Of a stretch of 64,000 bases of DNA, positions 58,560-64,000 are shown piece by piece. Numbering within the stretch: position 1 is the first letter of the stretch; each line of letters begins with the position of its first letter. Source of the DNA: Candidatus Latescibacterota bacterium (GTDB taxonomy: Bacteria > Latescibacterota > UBA2968 > GCA-2709665). The notes beneath the pieces were generated by a model. It did not search any database and was not told the DNA's origin. It was given only the letters and a program-made list of their open reading frames with translations. The stretch covers positions 5,024,001 to 5,088,000 of the forward strand of contig OZ244744.1 of the NCBI GenBank assembly GCA_965219455.1, read 5' to 3'. The position numbers and the translations under genes are program-made.

Positions 58560-61500
58560 CTATGAGCCGCGCGATCCGAAAGCACCTGCGAATATCAGAA
58601 AATCCGAAAATCCCACGCTACCGTTTCCGTCCAGATCATATCGCGTTTCGAATCCGTCGTCGTCCTTACTCAGACCGAACTTTGCCGCGAACTTGACGAA
58701 GTCCGAAAAGCCAACCTCGCCATCGAAGTCGAAGTCCGGATTTGCCTGGGCGTTGGCGGTAAAAACCGCCGGCTTGAGATCGGCTACCGTTGCCACGACG
58801 GTGTTCGTCCCCGGCTGGCTCCCCAGCGTCAGGGTCGTCGCGGCACGTCCGTTGGCATCGGTGGTGTCTGTGGTTACAGACAGCGTCCCGCCACCGGCGG
58901 TAACGGCAAAAGTGACCGTGGCGCCGGCATACGGTTCTCCATTCTGGTCCTGCAGAGAGACGACAAACGGCTTGGCCAACGCCGTCCCGGCCGGAGCTTT
59001 CTGCTCAAGCCCGGAGACCTCCTTCAGGATATTTGGCCGGGATTGAACGCGATGCATGTCCCATATCAGCATGGTGCCATCATCAGAGCCGGAAACCAAC
59101 GTGGTTCCGTCAGGCGAGAAAAGGACAGAATGCACCAGAGCAGTATGACCCTCCAAAGTGCCAATCTCTTCTCGATCAGCCACATCCCACAGCTTGACAG
59201 TGCGATCCTGAGATCCGGAAGCCAAAGTAGCACCATCGGGCGAAAACACCACAGAGGTGACCGAAGCGCTATGCCCTTTCAGTGTGGCAACCGCTTTGCC
59301 GGTTTCCGTATCCCACAGCTTTATCGTCTTATCGTATGATCCAGACGCCAGGATCTTCCCATCGTGCGAAAAATTAACAGACCTGACCCAATGCGTGTGA
59401 CCCTCCATTGTGACTGCTTCATCGCGGGTTTCCGTATCCCACAGCTTTATCGTTTTGTCGAATGATCCCGAAGCCAGAGTGGTCCCATCAGGCGAAAATA
59501 CCACAGTATCGACTCTATGCGCGTGCCCCTGCAACGTGGCGATTACTTCCAGGGTCGCCACGTCCCATAGTTTAACCTCATGTACCCACACCCCCGAAGC
59601 CAGAGTTGTACCATCGGGTGAAAACACCACAGAAGAAACACTAAAACCATGCCCTTCCAGAGTTGCGATTTCTTCTCGGGTCTCGGTATCCCAAAGTCTT
59701 ATCGTGCCATTGTATGATCCGGAAGCCAGAGTGGTACCATCGGGAGAAAACACCACAGAACTGACCCAACAACGGGTTTGCCCCTTCAGTGTGGTGATCT
59801 TTTTCCGGGTTGCCACATCCCATAACTGGATCGCGCCATACCCTGATCCCGAAGCCAGGGTGGTCCCGTCAGGTGATAACCCTAACGAGCGGACGCTCGA
59901 ATGCCCGGTGAACCCGACGGCATTCCTCGTCTCTACATCCCATAGCAGTACCACACCGTCCTGTGACCCTGAAACGAGGGTAGACCCATTGGCCGAAAAT
60001 ACCACCGAATCGACCCTATATCTGTGCCCCACCAGGGTGTCGATCTCTTCGCGACTCGCCACGTTCCACAGCTGAATTGCACCATCTACAGATCCGGAAG
60101 CCAGAGTGGTCCCGTCGGGCGAAAACACCACAGAACTGCCCCAACCCCGATGCGTGTACCCCTCCAGTGTGCCGATCCTTTCTCGGGCGGCCACGTCCCA
60201 CAGCACGATCGGGCCATATTCCGTCGCGGAAGCCAGGATGGAACCGTCAGGCGAAAACGCCACCGACACAACAAGAGGACGTTGCTGTCGCAGAGTGCCA
60301 ATCTCGTTTCGGGTCTCCATATCCCAAAGCTTGATCGTTTGGTCGAATGATCCCGAAGCCAGGGTGATGCCGTCGGGCGAAAACGCCAAAGAATTGACCC
60401 CAAGTGTATGCCCTTCCAGAGTGGCGATCTTTTCACGGGACGTCACATCCCACAGGACGATTGAGGGATCTTCTGACGCCGATGCCAGGATGGCGCCGTC
60501 GGGCGAAAACGCCACTGCATTGACTCGATACCGGGTGCTCCCTTCCAGTTTGGCAATCCGCGTGCCCGAATCGACCTCCCATAACTCGATACTGCCATTG
60601 ACCAACCCCAAAGCGAGCGTTGCACCCCCTGGGGAATACGACACCGAGTAGACCGAACTCGCACTCGGAAGCAGTGTCAGGACACTGGTCGCCGCTACCT
60701 CGTACAGCCACACCCCGATGCCACTGGCAACGGCGAGATATTTCCCGTCAGGCGAAAGTGCCACCGCCCGGTCGCTTGCACCAATGGCTCCCTTTCCAAG
60801 GCGGACAATCGCACCGTCGGGCAGATGCTGCGTCCGGTGATCCTCCCCCCCTACGGTTACGGCGGCTTCTACTCCCTCCACTTGAAACACGACTGAATCG
60901 CGCAGACCGATGGATACTCTCACGGTGTTCGTGCCCGGACGGGGACCCAGAGTAAGTGCCCGCTCGGCCCGGCCATTGACATCCGTCTTAGTGTGCTCAA
61001 TCGTGAACCTTCCGCTGAGCTTTCCCCCGCCAGCGGTTACCGTGAACGTGACGGACGCATCGGGCAGGAGATTTTCGTACTGATCTCGCACTTCGACGAT
61101 CAAGGGATCGGCCAGCGCCGCTCCGGGCTGACCATGCTGGTCATCGCCGGAGATGATTTTTAGCCCGGAAGGAAGTGGCCGCATCCATTTGGAGGTATCC
61201 CATAAACGCACCGTGCCATCTCTTGCCCCGGAAGCCAAAATAGCGCCGACGGGAGAAAACGACACAGAAAGGACCGAAGACACTTGCGCGAAATCCTCAA
61301 TCTTTTCTCTCGTCAACACGTCCCACAGTTTGACCGTCCCATACGATGTCCCCAAAGCCAGAGTGGCGCCGTCGGGCGAAAACACCACAGAACTGACCGC
61401 TTCCCACACTTTCACGGCAGCGATTTCTTCACGTGACGCCACATCCCACAGCTTGACCGTGCGATCCTGAGAACCTGAAGCCAAAGTGGCGCCATCGGGC

Positions 61501-62042
61501 GAAAACACCACAGAATTGACCGAACCGCTATGCCCCTCCAGAGTGGTGATTTCTTCACGTGACGCCACATCCCACAGCTTGACCGTGCGATCCTGAGAAC
61601 CTGAAGCCAAAGTGGCGCCATCGGGCGAAAACACCACAGAATTGACCGAACCGCTATGCCCCTCCAGAGTGGTGATTTCTTCACGTGATGCCACATCCCA
61701 CAGCTTGACCGTCCCATACGATGTCCCCAAAGCCAAAGTGGCGCCATCGGGCGAAAACACCACAGAATTGACCGAACCGCTATGCCCCTCCAGAGTGGTG
61801 ATTTCTTCACGTGATGCCACATCCCACAGCTTGACCGTCCCATACGATGTCCCCAAAGCCAAAGTGGCGCCATCGGGCGAAAACACCACAGAATTAACCG
61901 AACCGCTATGCCTCTCCAGAGTGGTGATTTCTTCACGTGATGCCACATCCCACAGCTTGACCGTCCCATACGATGTCCCCAAAGCCAAAGTGGCGCCATC
62001 GGGCGAAAACACCACAGAATTGACCGAACCGCTATGTTCCAC
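58560..62042 (-). CDS. WD40-repeat protein (7+14 blades) with two Ig-like (Big_1) domains and a C-terminal dockerin-like/EF-hand; likely the 3' part of a split gene
   Basis: 21 FSPDG..LASG..LWD-type repeats; SGDDQ..VTF.VTAGGG..TD.NGRA; DFDFDGEVGFSDF and DLDGNGSVGFSDF. Confidence 0.9.
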   Translation of the reverse strand: MEHSGSVNSVVFSPDGATLALGTSYGTVKLWDVASREEITTLERHSGSVNSVVFSPDGATLALGTSYGTVKLWDVASREEITTLEGHSGSVNSVVFSPDGATLALGTSYGTVKLWDVASREEITTLEGHSGSVNSVVFSPDGATLASGSQDRTVKLWDVASREEITTLEGHSGSVNSVVFSPDGATLASGSQDRTVKLWDVASREEIAAVKVWEAVSSVVFSPDGATLALGTSYGTVKLWDVLTREKIEDFAQVSSVLSVSFSPVGAILASGARDGTVRLWDTSKWMRPLPSGLKIISGDDQHGQPGAALADPLIVEVRDQYENLLPDASVTFTVTAGGGKLSGRFTIEHTKTDVNGRAERALTLGPRPGTNTVRVSIGLRDSVVFQVEGVEAAVTVGGEDHRTQHLPDGAIVRLGKGAIGASDRAVALSPDGKYLAVASGIGVWLYEVAATSVLTLLPSASSVYSVSYSPGGATLALGLVNGSIELWEVDSGTRIAKLEGSTRYRVNAVAFSPDGAILASASEDPSIVLWDVTSREKIATLEGHTLGVNSLAFSPDGITLASGSFDQTIKLWDMETRNEIGTLRQQRPLVVSVAFSPDGSILASATEYGPIVLWDVAARERIGTLEGYTHRGWGSSVVFSPDGTTLASGSVDGAIQLWNVASREEIDTLVGHRYRVDSVVFSANGSTLVSGSQDGVVLLWDVETRNAVGFTGHSSVRSLGLSPDGTTLASGSGYGAIQLWDVATRKKITTLKGQTRCWVSSVVFSPDGTTLASGSYNGTIRLWDTETREEIATLEGHGFSVSSVVFSPDGTTLASGVWVHEVKLWDVATLEVIATLQGHAHRVDTVVFSPDGTTLASGSFDKTIKLWDTETRDEAVTMEGHTHWVRSVNFSHDGKILASGSYDKTIKLWDTETGKAVATLKGHSASVTSVVFSPDGATLASGSQDRTVKLWDVADREEIGTLEGHTALVHSVLFSPDGTTLVSGSDDGTMLIWDMHRVQSRPNILKEVSGLEQKAPAGTALAKPFVVSLQDQNGEPYAGATVTFAVTAGGGTLSVTTDTTDANGRAATTLTLGSQPGTNTVVATVADLKPAVFTANAQANPDFDFDGEVGFSDFVKFAAKFGLSKDDDGFETRYDLDGNGSVGFSDFLIFAGAFGSRGS
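61413..62040 (-). repeat. Five near-identical 126-bp tandem repeats encoding WD40 blades
   Basis: GGCGAAAACACCACAGAATT recurs every 126 bp; two blade variants occur. Confidence 0.95.
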
Positions 62043-62043
62043 G

Positions 62044-63186
62044 TCAGCAACCGCCCTTCCACGTCAGCAATTTGTGTGGGGAAATCTCGGAAAGCACGAC
62101 AAGGTCCCAGACCACATTTCCGTCCGTATCAACGACCCCAACCGAAAATCGGTGTATAGAACGACTTGGAATCAAGCTGTCATATTTGAATTCGACGACA
62201 GTCTCTTTTTCGCCCGTCAATCCACGACACGCTTCGAACTGAGAACCGCCCCAACCCCTATTGAGATCTCTCAGGATCACCTCGTGAACCCCCTCTGAAT
62301 CACCGACTTTGAGTAGGATGGAAACGCTCTTCGAGGCATGAGGGTACCTGGTGGGTGAAATGAGCTCGATGGTGGGCGGATGTATCTCCTCAGCTGCGCT
62401 ATCAGGATTGAAGTAGGGATGCACGGCCAGGAACCGGGCAGCACACGCAGAAAACCGATATACCCCATCCTGTCTTACGCCACGCATGATGTAGGCGTCG
62501 TCGCGGGGGTCGTGCCACACCATGCCGAAAGCATGGCCAAGTTCATGGACCGCTGTGTAGAAGTCGATTCTGCGAGGCGCCGACCCACGGTCTTCATCCC
62601 ACTGGGCTCCCATCATCGCATTTCCACCATTCTTCCCCCTCGAGTATCCGAATCCCGCCAGTTCAACGTAGTCTACAACAGTGAGGTAAATGTTCGCGCG
62701 TAAATTGAACGTCTGAAGAACATCCTCGTAAATCATGTCAGCCGCTTCAACCGAATACTCAGGGTAGCGACTAGCGACGTGCTGCCCTTTCACGCGATGC
62801 ACCAGCGGCGCGCCCTGGGCATCTGTTTCAAAGCGAAAGGTCTTTTTGCCGTAGCCGTGCGCCTGCATCTGCTCGGTACAGAACGTCTGAACCCGGCGAA
62901 TCAACGTTTTCATCGAATCGACCACTTCTTGACGATACGGACGGTCATTGGGGTGGAAGTAGATCATCCGCACCGTGCGCGGCGGGCCCACGTTCAGATC
63001 CGCCGCGCGCTTTCTGCCCGGCGCGGGGTTGTCCCGCAGCCACTGCTCGTAATCGAACAGCGCGCAGAAATGCACGCTGTCAGGCGGCGGCGAGGAAGCA
63101 GATCCCGCAGTCGGAAGACAGGCCAACACCAGTAAACATGCCGCCAGGGCGAGCGATTCATTGAAACGATAGACACGCAAACACAT
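62044..63186 (-). CDS. Secreted zincin-like metallopeptidase domain; likely the 5' part of the WD40 gene
   Basis: Signal peptide, RTVRMIYF.P.DR, HELGHAFGMVWHD..YIM; its stop abuts the WD40 ORF out of frame. Confidence 0.8.
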   Translation of the reverse strand: MCLRVYRFNESLALAACLLVLACLPTAGSASSPPPDSVHFCALFDYEQWLRDNPAPGRKRAADLNVGPPRTVRMIYFHPNDRPYRQEVVDSMKTLIRRVQTFCTEQMQAHGYGKKTFRFETDAQGAPLVHRVKGQHVASRYPEYSVEAADMIYEDVLQTFNLRANIYLTVVDYVELAGFGYSRGKNGGNAMMGAQWDEDRGSAPRRIDFYTAVHELGHAFGMVWHDPRDDAYIMRGVRQDGVYRFSACAARFLAVHPYFNPDSAAEEIHPPTIELISPTRYPHASKSVSILLKVGDSEGVHEVILRDLNRGWGGSQFEACRGLTGEKETVVEFKYDSLIPSRSIHRFSVGVVDTDGNVVWDLVVLSEISPHKLLTWKGGC

Positions 63187-64000
63187 GGCCCCATCACTCC
63201 ATTCAAGTCATCCCCAAAATCACGATGTTTTGCCTATTTCAAAGTGAGGCAATCGACGTGTTTTTGGAAGTGAGAAGTTTGCGAAGTTGAGCTTTCGGAT
63301 TGGGTTTGCCAATACAGTCTGCGACGTTCAGCGCCGCGGGGGAGTTTTGGTTCACGTTGTGCGTCGCAAGAGCAGGTCTGCCAGTGACGACCATGCTCGG
63401 AATGTGTCACAAAATGCAATAGTGACGAAGCCAATCAGGAATACTGTGATAAGACTTCTGATGATGTCTCGCATGATCGCTCTCCCTGCGGCCACTCTCG
63501 CCATTGTCCCTCTCCGGCGGGATGCGATGAAAATGCTCTGATGCAAACCTGAAATCGATTCTCGATCAGGCTGTTCGTGTTGTGGTGGGGGACCCTCGGA
63601 TAGACCCTGCGGTCGGTGTACGGGAACTGTGGATCGATTATCCGCTTCGGGCTTTGAGACTCCTGATTCCGGATCCCTGCATTTGACATCATGGGCTCCA
63701 TATATTTACCAAAATTGCAGGGGCCGCATCCCGTCTAACTGCGCAAAAACGCCCGGGGACAATTGGGGTTGCGCGACTTCCAGGATAACCGTGGGTTTTC
63801 GACTGCGGCCGGTCAGGGAACCGACGATATTTGGGGGTCGGGACAAGCCCTGAATTAAGAACTGACGAACTCGCCCGACAGCTCTGCAGGATACAGGATC
63901 TGCAATGTACACAACGAATCGTTTTTTGTCCAAATTTATATTTTTTATTATCTTACTTTAATTTTCCGAATTTATATACACCTTCCGTTTGTGTAGACAA

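Noticed and set aside
61413-62040. Regular repeats as a CRISPR array or DGR template
   Set aside because: The units are contiguous 126-bp in-frame coding repeats with no unique spacers, and there is no cas or reverse transcriptase gene in the window
63234-63933. Several short ORFs at the right edge
   Set aside because: No motifs and no consistent strand; probably intergenic or decayed

Overview
This is a GC-rich bacterial chromosome window. Gene order and a C-terminal dockerin-like/EF-hand WD40 protein suggest a Latescibacterota/Gemmatimonadota-like FCB-group lineage, possibly host-associated (inference). (1) 397-17458: a ~17 kb accessory island between tRNA-Ser(CGA) and tRNA-Ser(GGA). It holds a dead P4-type integrase beside an att-like tRNA 3' end, a sacsin-like GHKL ATPase/DUF3883 gene split by a 109-bp MITE, a HEPN-like gene, an ankyrin protein, a GmrSD-like gene between two inverted IS1182 copies, IS630/IS1380/IS3 remnants and a NYN nuclease. 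(2) 17537-44489: core genes, namely tRNA-Ala, a large Alu-type SRP RNA, dnaX-ybaB-recR-pgsA-pgpA-thpR-recA-recX-alaS, a GGGP synthase, ptsH-ptsI-metK-ahcY, two Omp85 proteins, DUF4390-ntrY-ntrX and LUD-domain genes. (3) 44573-64000: a kinase-STAND-TPR-GAF-sigma54 activator, then a full sigma54 enhancer/promoter and a sensorless activator; an Rpn gene with an internal RBS flanked by a partial Ldh duplication; IS remnants; a beta-helix protein; and a frameshifted peptidase/21-blade WD40 surface protein. All calls come from reading motifs by eye; no database searches were run.
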